62,756 nucleotides of DNA from a virus. Lineage: Duplodnaviria; Caudoviricetes. The notes below the pieces were generated by a model. It saw only the letters and a list, made by a program, of their open reading frames with translations. It made no database searches and had not been told where the DNA came from. The stretch covers positions 1-62,756 of IMG/VR virus record IMGVR_UViG_3300036793_000052. The stretch is one strand, 5' to 3'. This document shows positions 26,517-35,046 of the stretch, piece after piece (within the stretch, counting starts at the first letter, position 1; every line of letters starts with the position of its first letter). Position numbers and translations under genes: made by a program.

Positions 26517-27694
26517 TTTTTGCCGCCCTTCTCGCCGGACAGCTTGGCCGCAATCTCGTTGAGCCGGTTGAGAATCGCCACCATCTCTTGCCCGTTGGCC
26601 TCCCACAGCTTCGCACCGGACCGCGCGGCCCGCGAGTCCTGCGATAGCCGCACAACGTCGTCGGCTGCTTTGCTGAGCTTGGTCACGGCTTTGGCGAAGT
26701 CGTCGTGAATCGTCGGCTTCGGCGCGGTCTTGTTCTTCACCACCTTCTCGGCTGGCTTCCCTGCCTTCAACGTTTTACGCACCCGGTTGACGGTCGCTTT
26801 CGGTGCACCGATCCTTTTCGCGATGTCGGCGTCGGTTGCGTCGGGTGTATCTGTGTGTGCGTCAACGATTTTGCGGCGCTGCTGCTCGGTTGGCGTCAAC
26901 ACCTCCGGCGGCGCAGGCGGATCATTACCGTCATCATCGGCGGATGGGTCGGGGACGTGCTTCTCCGCATCCTTGCGCACGTTACGCAGCGACGTCTCCG
27001 GCGTCTCACCCAACTCCTTGGCCACCTCGGCCACCGGGCGTCCTTCGACCACGATCTTCTGCCAGCGGATCTCCGCTTTCTGCTCAGGCGACATTTGCCG
27101 CCGCGCCCGGTTCAATTCCCAAGCCAGGGCGCGCTTTTCGGCGTCGGTCTCCAGGTCGACGGTCAGGAACGGAATGGGTAGGTCGTTGTCGACGGCGATG
27201 TTCACACGGTTGTGCCCGTCCAACACCATGCCATCGGTGTCGATGATGACTGGGACCATGATTCCGTTGGCCAGCACCGACTTTCGCAGGGCTTCCATGT
27301 CGTCGGTGGCCAAGGGCTCGCACACCTGGTAGTGGGTGTTTTGTTTGCGGAGTTCGGTTTTGGCGGCGCGGGTGCGGCGGATGGGTTCGGTGCGGCTGGT
27401 GACCAGCTCGCCGACAACCTCACCTTCCAGCTCATCGGGTTCAGCGGTCGCCACTTCGGTGCCGTTGGTTTCGGAAGCCTCTTCGGAAGTGATCGGCTCC
27501 GGCTTAACCGGCGCACTGCCGTTGTTGTGTTCATTGCCGGACCATGTTGCCGGTGTGGCAAGGTCTTCTTCGATGTGCGGATCATCTTGCGGCACAGTAG
27601 GTTTCGTTTGAGCTTTCGCCAAAGCCTTTTCAACTCTTGCTCTTTGGGCTTCTGACAGATCCTTGTACGGGTCTGCCTTGGTGGGTGCAGTCAC
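26513..27694 (-). CDS. ParB/Srx-like N-domain protein with HTH motifs
   Basis: LRKSVLANGIMVPVII....VLDGHNR...N..RRQMS; DADIAKRIGAPKATVNRVR. Confidence 0.8.
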   Translation of the reverse strand: MTAPTKADPYKDLSEAQRARVEKALAKAQTKPTVPQDDPHIEEDLATPATWSGNEHNNGSAPVKPEPITSEEASETNGTEVATAEPDELEGEVVGELVTSRTEPIRRTRAAKTELRKQNTHYQVCEPLATDDMEALRKSVLANGIMVPVIIDTDGMVLDGHNRVNIAVDNDLPIPFLTVDLETDAEKRALAWELNRARRQMSPEQKAEIRWQKIVVEGRPVAEVAKELGETPETSLRNVRKDAEKHVPDPSADDDGNDPPAPPEVLTPTEQQRRKIVDAHTDTPDATDADIAKRIGAPKATVNRVRKTLKAGKPAEKVVKNKTAPKPTIHDDFAKAVTKLSKAADDVVRLSQDSRAARSGAKLWEANGQEMVAILNRLNEIAAKLSGEKGGKK

Positions 27695-27751
27695 GTCCAC
27701 TCCTTTTCGGATGGTGATATGTATGTTGCTGCGGGTTACGCAGTGGTGTTC

Positions 27752-27779
27752 ACCATACGCGCCGCCGCGCACCCGTCAA
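27752..27779 (-). promoter_or_regulatory. SigA-type promoter of leftward early operon
   Basis: TTGACG-N16-TATGGT upstream of ParB-like gene. Confidence 0.6.
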
Positions 27780-27838
27780 GTGCTAACATCGGCGTTGCGC
27801 ATATCGGCCCGAATCTCCGGCTTGCGCGCAGTGGGGAA

Positions 27839-27941
27839 GAATGGCCCGGTCCATAGGTTGTGCAGCCAGCCGCAGACCGGGCCATTCTGTGTCCTGACAT
27901 GCGAAAGCACCCCACCCCGGCACACTGTGGCCAGGGTGGGG
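27839..27941 (-). terminator. Tandem hairpins ending the late operon
   Basis: GAATGGCCCGGTC/GACCGGGCCATTC and CCCCACCC/GGGTGGGG. Confidence 0.6.
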
Positions 27942-28001
27942 CTTAGACGCTTAGGGGGCCGCTCAGGGCCATGTCACACACAAGCGATCACGCGCCGTAA
28001 A

Positions 28002-28544
28002 TTACGGCACCTCTTGGACTGGTCCGACAGGTCCACCAGTCTGCGCAGGCGTCGGCGGCAACGGCGGTCCAACAATGCCGCCGGGCTCATCCGGTCGCGG
28101 CAACGGATCACCCACACTGCGGCACTTCACACCGTTGTAGCCCCGGCCCTGAGACAGCCACATACTCGGCGGGTTCGGCATCAACTCTTCAGCCTGCGCA
28201 TTATTTGGGCAGCGGTAACTACAGCCGCCGACGAGACCACCAACCGGTGCACTGACCTGCGCGGAAAACATCAGAAAACTAAGCCCACCGGTGAATTGTG
28301 TTACAGCGCCACCGTATTCGCAGTGCCGGTGGCTGCCGTTGATCTCAGTCGGCTCATCAGAGAAAAACCAATACATCGCGGCAACACCGCCACCGGCCAT
28401 ACCCGACACGCAGATCGCCGGATAGTCACACAACCCCGGCCCGATACCACCCGCCGGGTTACCCATATCAGCGCGAGCAACACCGCAAGCGAAGAGAACA
28501 GCTGCGACGATAAACCCTAGCGCCATAACGAATTTCGGTATCAT
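28002..28544 (-). CDS. secreted Cys/Pro-rich protein
   Basis: Signal peptide ending ARAD; six further Cys; Pro tail. Confidence 0.7.
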   Translation of the reverse strand: MIPKFVMALGFIVAAVLFACGVARADMGNPAGGIGPGLCDYPAICVSGMAGGGVAAMYWFFSDEPTEINGSHRHCEYGGAVTQFTGGLSFLMFSAQVSAPVGGLVGGCSYRCPNNAQAEELMPNPPSMWLSQGRGYNGVKCRSVGDPLPRPDEPGGIVGPPLPPTPAQTGGPVGPVQEVP

Positions 28545-28918
28545 TCCAATAAACCTTCTTCTTCTTTGTCGATGACCATGCGCACTTCATGCGCTGTCTC
28601 CAAAACAGAAAAGTCATCGTCAACATCGAAGTCCGGCACAGAGATTCCGCAACGTTCGAAGTCTTCACGATTGGCGCGGATGAATCGGTGAAACTGTTTT
28701 ATCACTTCATCTCTGGAATCAAGCAGACGGTACACCCTGTCTAATTCGCGTCGGGTGCGCCGCAAAATAACGTCGGTAGTTTCTTCTTCAATTTTGCGGC
28801 GATCAGCGTTGCGTTCCATACGATCCTTGCCGGTGCGCAACGCGGCGTAAACCGTCAAGAGCGCGGTGATGATGACGCCGCCCAGCGTTAACGCCGCAGC
28901 GGTGGTGCTACTGTCCAT
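28541..28918 (-). CDS. 1-TM coiled-coil lysis-region protein
   Basis: N-terminal TM plus charged helix. Confidence 0.7.
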   Translation of the reverse strand: MDSSTTAAALTLGGVIITALLTVYAALRTGKDRMERNADRRKIEEETTDVILRRTRRELDRVYRLLDSRDEVIKQFHRFIRANREDFERCGISVPDFDVDDDFSVLETAHEVRMVIDKEEEGLLE

Positions 28919-29855
28919 GCCGTGGCCCAGTCTCCGCTTCTTCCGAAATCACTTCTGCTCCAAGGGAATCCGCTGTAGTCGGCCTGCCGGTTGGGTTGAG
29001 CGCGTGAATCATGCGGCGCTCCAAATTGCCCCGATTGGAGTAGCGCGCCCACACCAGCGTGACTGTCTGTATGCCGCGATGCAGGGTGGCGAACACAAAC
29101 GCCTCAGGCATCGCGAAACCCAACGTGGTCCCGGCCAAAGGTGATCGGCTGAGCACCGATGCGCAATACCAGCCGAGCGTGGCCAGCAGCGAAAACGAAC
29201 CGGCCAACTCATACATCAAACCCTGTTCTTTGTCGCGCAAGTGAAGCCCAAACATGACCACCACTGCACCGAAAAGGTTACCCACACCTACGGTCAGCGC
29301 GGCTGGGCGTTCAATCTCGCTCAGCACACTGACCGGGGCAATCCCAATAATGACTTGCGACAGCGACGCCAGCATCAGAAACGTTACGGACCACAGCTGG
29401 TATGGGTGGGTGTTCCAGCGGTCGCCGCTGAACACGTTGGCGTACACAATGACTCGTGACAGGTACATGCAGGCGGCGAAGAATGCTACCAGCGGCCACA
29501 AATCGGTGATCCTGGTTGGCTCTTCATAAACCATGCGGGACATACAGATCGCCATGGCCAGCCACCACGTCGCGCACAGGGATGCGCCGATGATGATGAG
29601 TTTTCCGCGCCAATGGTTGTCGTGTTTAAGCACGTAGCCGATGTTGAAGATGAATGTTGAAAGGGCCAGGACGAGCGCCCACGAGAACGGCGTGTAGGGT
29701 ACCCGGCGCACAGTGTTAAACACCGGGTCGCCCCAACCGGATTGATCAATCGCCATGCCCATCGCCACGAAATAGCCGAACAGCGTCAGCAACCATGCGG
29801 TTACTCGTTCGGCTCCACGGAACTCGGCTTCGGTCAGTCGGTTGAGAAACGGCAT
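28908..29855 (-). CDS. polytopic membrane protein (~8 TM)
   Basis: Many hydrophobic segments, downstream of holin. Confidence 0.8.
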   Translation of the reverse strand: MPFLNRLTEAEFRGAERVTAWLLTLFGYFVAMGMAIDQSGWGDPVFNTVRRVPYTPFSWALVLALSTFIFNIGYVLKHDNHWRGKLIIIGASLCATWWLAMAICMSRMVYEEPTRITDLWPLVAFFAACMYLSRVIVYANVFSGDRWNTHPYQLWSVTFLMLASLSQVIIGIAPVSVLSEIERPAALTVGVGNLFGAVVVMFGLHLRDKEQGLMYELAGSFSLLATLGWYCASVLSRSPLAGTTLGFAMPEAFVFATLHRGIQTVTLVWARYSNRGNLERRMIHALNPTGRPTTADSLGAEVISEEAETGPRHGQ

Positions 29856-29890
29856 CTGGTCCCGGCCCCTTCAAATGAAATGCGTTGAGC

Positions 29891-30163
29891 TTAGACTGAA
29901 TTGACCCAAGCTTGATACTTTTTGAGCAACGCCACAGCACCAGCCACAAAGCTTAGGGCGGCGGTAACGTAATGCTTGTCTTGGCCGGGCAGAAAATTGA
30001 GAACCGGCGTCAATTCGTTGACGACCGCCAGGAACGATGTCAGCACAACAATAATCTTGCCGTACCACACTTTGAGGTTCCCGACGAACCCCGGTGGAAT
30101 CACCGAGGTCTCAAGTACCTCTTGGCGTCCACTCGGGTGGTATGCGATACGCTTGTAAGACAT
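29891..30163 (-). CDS. holin (putative)
   Basis: 2 TM segments, directly after lysin B. Confidence 0.6.
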   Translation of the reverse strand: MSYKRIAYHPSGRQEVLETSVIPPGFVGNLKVWYGKIIVVLTSFLAVVNELTPVLNFLPGQDKHYVTAALSFVAGAVALLKKYQAWVNSV

Positions 30164-30183
30164 GATGAATCTCCTTCTGTGAC

Positions 30184-31020
30184 TTAGATTCTCGAAAGAA
30201 TCCAGTTGATGGCCGGTCCCACGAACGGACCGTATTGCCAGTGCGGCGCGTTCATTCCCGCACTCGCAAATTTCAGGGCGTTGTAGATCGCTTCCACCGT
30301 GCCGACCGGTGCGCCCACGTCGAGCGCGATTTTCAGGAAGTCCAGTATCGAACCGGACTCCACAAAGTTATACACGCTAGTCTCCACCTTACCGGCGGAA
30401 GACTCTGCCGCCCAAGGGTTATCACCGATAGGGCAGCTCGCGTACAAGTCACCATCCAAGGCGCAGGATAGATACCAGTCCGGTGTTTGCTCAGGATGCA
30501 GCACCAGCGGGCCACCGATACCCCCGGTATCGACACCGTCAAGTGTGGACGGCATCATAAACCCTAACTCTTTGTTGCCGTTGGCGATTCCGGGCGCGCG
30601 TAGGGGGTCGCCGAAGTTGATGATGCCGCCGCGCGCAAGGTCAGGCAACAAATCGTGTTGAGACCCGTTGGGAGACAGCACGTTCTGCAGATAGTACATT
30701 CCTATCACGATGGCACCTTGGCTGTAGCCGCCGAGGAACAGCGGGTTACCCGGTGTGTGCCACTGGTCGACTTGTGCAGCCACACTGATGATGCCTTGTT
30801 TGACGCTGGTCATCATCGGGAACACCGCCGCCGGGTAGGCTGCCGGGGCCCAAAACACCGGGGGCGGATCAGGTGGTTCGATACCATCTATGTCGCAGGC
30901 GATCTGCGCATAGGGGTTCGGCTGGAAGAAGCGCCCAATGTCGGCGTCGAAACCAGGGCCGAACGGATCAGCAACCCCGGTCCCGTTGACGGAGACGAAT
31001 ATCGGTGTGCTACTTGGCAT
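30184..31020 (-). CDS. lysB: lysin B (cutinase-like esterase)
   Basis: VNGTG, YPAAVFPM..SV..G, GYSQGA, FGDP.R, GDLYA, H..Y. Confidence 0.92.
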   Translation of the reverse strand: MPSSTPIFVSVNGTGVADPFGPGFDADIGRFFQPNPYAQIACDIDGIEPPDPPPVFWAPAAYPAAVFPMMTSVKQGIISVAAQVDQWHTPGNPLFLGGYSQGAIVIGMYYLQNVLSPNGSQHDLLPDLARGGIINFGDPLRAPGIANGNKELGFMMPSTLDGVDTGGIGGPLVLHPEQTPDWYLSCALDGDLYASCPIGDNPWAAESSAGKVETSVYNFVESGSILDFLKIALDVGAPVGTVEAIYNALKFASAGMNAPHWQYGPFVGPAINWILSRI

Positions 31021-31582
31021 CTGATTCGCCACCAAGGAACGGCGGAAGCGGGTCACCAGTCAGCTCTTCGATGCCGAGCTGTTCGGTCAGCGGCGGCTTC
31101 ACGTAATCCGGTGACAGTACTTCATCCTTCATCAGGTCAGGGTAGGTACGTAACGCCGCCTTAGCCGCAACAACGAGCATGTCCCAAGCGTCATGCTGTG
31201 CTTTGTTTTGCAGAGTCTTCTTGCGCCCGAACAGTTTCGCCAGCGAGGTTGCCGCATCACCCAAGGATGCCGAAACGTTCTGGCCTTCGGGGTATGCGTA
31301 GTCCACACTAAGCCCGTACGGGTGTGCCTCGTATCCCCAAGCGTACAAACGGTATTGAAGCGCCTTACCGGTGGAACCGTCAACACCGTCGAACTTGTTG
31401 GCGATGTCGGCTGGCCCGGCGGCGTCATTGGGACCGGCACCGAAGAGCAAGCTACGCAAGCTGCGTCGCGGTGGCCGGATGCGGGCCGGATGGTATGAGC
31501 TGAGCCGGGCCGCGCGGTGCGCCTGGTATCCGGCGAACGTTGCGATCAGCGCCGAAACAATGCTGATAATGTTTGGGATCAT
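31010..31582 (-). CDS. membrane-anchored hypothetical protein
   Basis: N-terminal TM; ATGA-coupled to lysin A. Confidence 0.65.
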   Translation of the reverse strand: MIPNIISIVSALIATFAGYQAHRAARLSSYHPARIRPPRRSLRSLLFGAGPNDAAGPADIANKFDGVDGSTGKALQYRLYAWGYEAHPYGLSVDYAYPEGQNVSASLGDAATSLAKLFGRKKTLQNKAQHDAWDMLVVAAKAALRTYPDLMKDEVLSPDYVKPPLTEQLGIEELTGDPLPPFLGGESDAK

Positions 31583-32976
31583 GCTGTAGTGCCTCCTGAA
31601 CCTATAATGCTCCACACCTTGTCGCGCAGAGTCGAACCTGTTGATGGCCAGCCGGATTCACCCGGTCCCATCTGCTGACATAGCCAAGTCAGTTTGTCGT
31701 CTGTGCTCGCTGCTGAAAGCCATTGATCGAACTCGGCCACCGGGTCAACGGGCGTCGGTGCTGGTGCCGGTGCTGGTGCCGGTGCCGGTACGGCGTCGGG
31801 GATGAAAGCCCCAATGTCGTCGGCGTGCGCCTCGTCCACGTCGCATTGCACCCCGGCGTAGGTCACGTAGCCAACATCGTTGCGCTGCATGACCGCGATA
31901 GCGGAGTCAATGTTGCCGCCGGACCAGGCTTCGGTCTGCCACAGGTAGTCGGCGTGGCCGGATTGGTTGGCGCGCATCAAAATCCAGTACGCACCATAGA
32001 TAGCGGCGCAGCTTTTACCCGAACCGTTAACACCCAGAACACCTTTCGCGGCGTCAAGGAACGCTTCAATCGGGCTGTCATCTTCGGGTGGTTCATCGAA
32101 GTCAGCTGAGAAGTAGATGACCGGCCGGTATCCGGCGACGTTCACCTCGGCTGCGGCGGCTGCCGACAGTAGCCCGTTGACGTAGGCGAGCGCGGCGGCA
32201 GCATCATCTGCCCCGTTGTCGGACAACATGAACGTGGCTGTGGTCTCATAGTTGAAGACAACCTGAATACCGTTCTGGCACAAGTCAACGAATTCGTCAG
32301 CTGTCAACAGTTTCTTCGGTAAGCCGGTGCCGCCGTCGTTGATGTAGCGGCAGACGAACGTAACTCCGGCCTGCGCGAGTACAGCGCCCGGTATCTGGCC
32401 TCCGGCGTAGTCGAGTCCTTGCGGGTATCCCATGGGTTGCCTCCACTTTGTGTCTTCACTGATTGGTTCGCCGTCCCAAACCCACCAGTCGTTCCAGTAA
32501 TCGCTTGCAACACCAGTGATTTCGGGTGGTGCGGTGCAGACGCCGGAGTCGCCGTTGGATTCCATGTTCCAGCCGTCGATCCACGCGGCCATGTGGCTGT
32601 CCGGCCCCCCGCCGCCGTGCATAATCATCACCTTGACGGGATAGTTGCCGTTCACAAGGTCGGCTTGCGTGGTTTGCCGCCAGCTGCCGTTGCTGGCAGC
32701 CCAGCCCGCGAATGTTTCAGTGCTGAAGAGACGCTGGTATCCGCGCCCAATCCAGTAGTCGAAGCCATACAATGCGGTTGCGATGACAACCCCGGCGAGC
32801 CCTGAGCAGTCGAAGGACACACCGAAGTTGTTTGAATCCCCCACGCCCGCATAGGCATACGGGTCGCCCGGTCCTTCATCAATGCTGTCGTGTTGTAGTA
32901 GTGGCTGTTGGCCGGTGGTGAGCCGGTCAAGGAATAGTCGTTTGGCGGCTTCAACATTGCTGCGTAGTAAGTTCAT
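31579..32976 (-). CDS. lysA: lysin A (Cys/His peptidase plus DUF1906/GH25-like domain)
   Basis: FDCSGL...SHM...ES; LDYA..VCRY..K.L..E, IYFSADFD, IYG, WQT.AWS. Confidence 0.88.
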   Translation of the reverse strand: MNLLRSNVEAAKRLFLDRLTTGQQPLLQHDSIDEGPGDPYAYAGVGDSNNFGVSFDCSGLAGVVIATALYGFDYWIGRGYQRLFSTETFAGWAASNGSWRQTTQADLVNGNYPVKVMIMHGGGGPDSHMAAWIDGWNMESNGDSGVCTAPPEITGVASDYWNDWWVWDGEPISEDTKWRQPMGYPQGLDYAGGQIPGAVLAQAGVTFVCRYINDGGTGLPKKLLTADEFVDLCQNGIQVVFNYETTATFMLSDNGADDAAAALAYVNGLLSAAAAAEVNVAGYRPVIYFSADFDEPPEDDSPIEAFLDAAKGVLGVNGSGKSCAAIYGAYWILMRANQSGHADYLWQTEAWSGGNIDSAIAVMQRNDVGYVTYAGVQCDVDEAHADDIGAFIPDAVPAPAPAPAPAPTPVDPVAEFDQWLSAASTDDKLTWLCQQMGPGESGWPSTGSTLRDKVWSIIGSGGTTA

Positions 32977-33518
32977 TTCGCCGCCTTCGCCAACATATGC
33001 CGGTGAATCTCCGCGACACGCAACCGTGCCTCGGCCGCTCGGGCCGGATGCAAAGATATCGTTAACTCGTTGTCCTGCAAATGTTCCGCCGCATCAGACC
33101 AGTTCGTTGAACCGGTAACCAACACGGTGCCATCAATGACCATCACCTTCATATGCATGATGCGCCCATGCTCCGATGAGCCGATAGCTACCGATGAATT
33201 AGGATACTTTTCCTGCGCGAGCAACGTTCGTTCGTGCACGCCACCGGCTTGGGATTTGTCGAGTGTGAGTTGTACGTGAATGCTCGGGTTGGCCATCTGC
33301 GTTTTCAGTGCGGCGGCGAGTACGTCATCATCGAACCCGAACATCGCTACTAGCACTTCATGTTTCGCGTTGGCGATGCAGTAGGCCAGCGCGCCGCGCA
33401 GATCATCTATCGGAGAGTAGAACGTGCGCACGTCGCCGGGGTATCCCGGTGGGAACGGTGTTGTTTTGAACTGGTCGAGTACCGACAGATCGGCTAGCGG
33501 ATGCGCGGTCATGGTCAA
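32973..33518 (-). CDS. phospholipase D-family (single HKD) protein
   Basis: HMKVMVIDGTVLVTGSTNWS = HxK(x4)D(x6)GSxN. Confidence 0.9.
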   Translation of the reverse strand: MTMTAHPLADLSVLDQFKTTPFPPGYPGDVRTFYSPIDDLRGALAYCIANAKHEVLVAMFGFDDDVLAAALKTQMANPSIHVQLTLDKSQAGGVHERTLLAQEKYPNSSVAIGSSEHGRIMHMKVMVIDGTVLVTGSTNWSDAAEHLQDNELTISLHPARAAEARLRVAEIHRHMLAKAAK

Positions 33519-33529
33519 TTCACCCCCTA

Positions 33530-34378
33530 TTATGCCGTCACTGCCGCGAGGTCGCCGAGCAGCAACACGTCGTTGAAGCCTTCAAGGCTGACATTCTTAA
33601 TCAGCCCTTCGGCGCTGAAGTTCACCACAGCCTCGTCGGCCTGCTCAACGATGAAGCGCGGCTGCACCGGATGGAGCTTGCCCCACGTCACCACATAGAA
33701 CAGGCCATCCTTGCGCCCAACGATCGGGATATAGTGTCCGCCAAGTTCTTTGGAGTTCGCGACGTAATCCCACGGCTGACCGGCGGCGAACTGTTCCATC
33801 TGCGCCTCGGTCATAATGACACCGAGACCCGTTGCGCCGTAAAGGTATGTTGTCACCGCCAGCTCAGCGAGATTGTTGTACTGCACCGACGTGTACGCCA
33901 CGGTGCGGTGGTAGTTGCCGCTAGCGTCGACTAGGCCGTGCCGCCGCCGTACACGGGCAGCGTATTCCATGTCGGAGCCCTGATCGGATTCGGGGGTGCC
34001 GTCGTAGTGGCCGATAAGCGAATAGTTGATGACCGTCGACTGGTCATCGAAGACGACATGATTTCCGGCCTCGGCGGCGAACATCATAGTCTCGTGCTCG
34101 CCACCAGACACCACGCAGCAACCGAGCTGGTCGTTCATCAACATGCCCCAGCTGGGACCGTTGGCGTCGATCAAATCGTAGTGGCCGAAATCGGCTGGCG
34201 GCGTTGGCAGCTCAGGGATTTTGGCGTAACGGTTGTACGCCATCTTGAACGCGCCCGGTCGGGCCGGTTTCTTACCGAGCTTCAGCGAATCCAAATCGAT
34301 TGGGCCGGTAGGCTTTTCGGCCGGTGGCCTGTTCGGCGGGGTGCGTTTAGCCTGGCGGGACTGGGATGGTTGAGGCAT
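33530..34378 (-). CDS. papain-like cysteine peptidase
   Basis: NDQLGCCV..., GGHYIPIVG, VVTWG. Confidence 0.65.
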   Translation of the reverse strand: MPQPSQSRQAKRTPPNRPPAEKPTGPIDLDSLKLGKKPARPGAFKMAYNRYAKIPELPTPPADFGHYDLIDANGPSWGMLMNDQLGCCVVSGGEHETMMFAAEAGNHVVFDDQSTVINYSLIGHYDGTPESDQGSDMEYAARVRRRHGLVDASGNYHRTVAYTSVQYNNLAELAVTTYLYGATGLGVIMTEAQMEQFAAGQPWDYVANSKELGGHYIPIVGRKDGLFYVVTWGKLHPVQPRFIVEQADEAVVNFSAEGLIKNVSLEGFNDVLLLGDLAAVTA

Positions 34379-34544
34379 TGTCGAGTCCTATCTTCTGTCC
34401 GATGCTGTTAAACCACGGGGTGGATACGCGGTTGTGCCACATGACTGCCTTATAGATTTTCCAGCCCAGCACCGCAAGTGCGATGAGCGCGGCGAAGATC
34501 AACAAGAGCAATACGGCTATGACGATACTCAACATGGGCGTCAA
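34347..34544 (-). CDS. small membrane protein
   Basis: Single long TM. Confidence 0.6.
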   Translation of the reverse strand: MTPMLSIVIAVLLLLIFAALIALAVLGWKIYKAVMWHNRVSTPWFNSIGQKIGLDNASTIPVPPG

Positions 34545-34861
34545 GCCTCAGCCTTGTCGGTTTGTCCCGGCGGCTGTGGGGGCTCCTGCGCCGCGTTCAC
34601 CGCATCTTCGGGTGGCTGCGGCTGAAGCCCTTCGGTGATCTGCTGCGGGGGCATTGTGGGCCGCAAAAGCAATGCGATCACCTGACCGTAGTGGCGCTGC
34701 TGATCGAAGTACATTTGCTTCCAAAGCATAGCTTCGATGGCGAGCTTCTGCGCCTCGGTCATCGGCGGCTGCTGTGGTTGGTTGTTCACTTCGAATCCTC
34801 TTGCGTCTCTTCGGTTTTGGCGGGCGGCTGCTTGGGGGTTGGGCTGGTTGCGGCGTCCCAA
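34541..34861 (-). CDS. hypothetical Gln/Pro-rich protein
   Basis: ORF in operon. Confidence 0.5.
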   Translation of the reverse strand: MGRRNQPNPQAAARQNRRDARGFEVNNQPQQPPMTEAQKLAIEAMLWKQMYFDQQRHYGQVIALLLRPTMPPQQITEGLQPQPPEDAVNAAQEPPQPPGQTDKAEA

Positions 34862-35037
34862 TCTGCGACGTCGGCGTCAGTGGCCCAGTGCCCACCATTG
34901 GTGGGGTTGGCCACCATCCAACGATTCGGCCCAGCCGCCGTGGCTGTCGCGCCGAACTGCCGGTCACCAATCGTGTTGCACTGCTTGACTTCCGGCAACA
35001 CCGGAGCGTCGGCTTTTCTTTTCGCTGCCATTCTCAA
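34786..35037 (-). CDS. hypothetical protein
   Basis: W......GGHWATD.DV..W, typical after minor tails. Confidence 0.6.
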   Translation of the reverse strand: MRMAAKRKADAPVLPEVKQCNTIGDRQFGATATAAGPNRWMVANPTNGGHWATDADVADWDAATSPTPKQPPAKTEETQEDSK

Positions 35038-35046
35038 TTCCCTTTT

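Noticed and set aside
31750-31795. Pro-Ala tandem repeat in lysin A
   Set aside because: Ordinary interdomain linker
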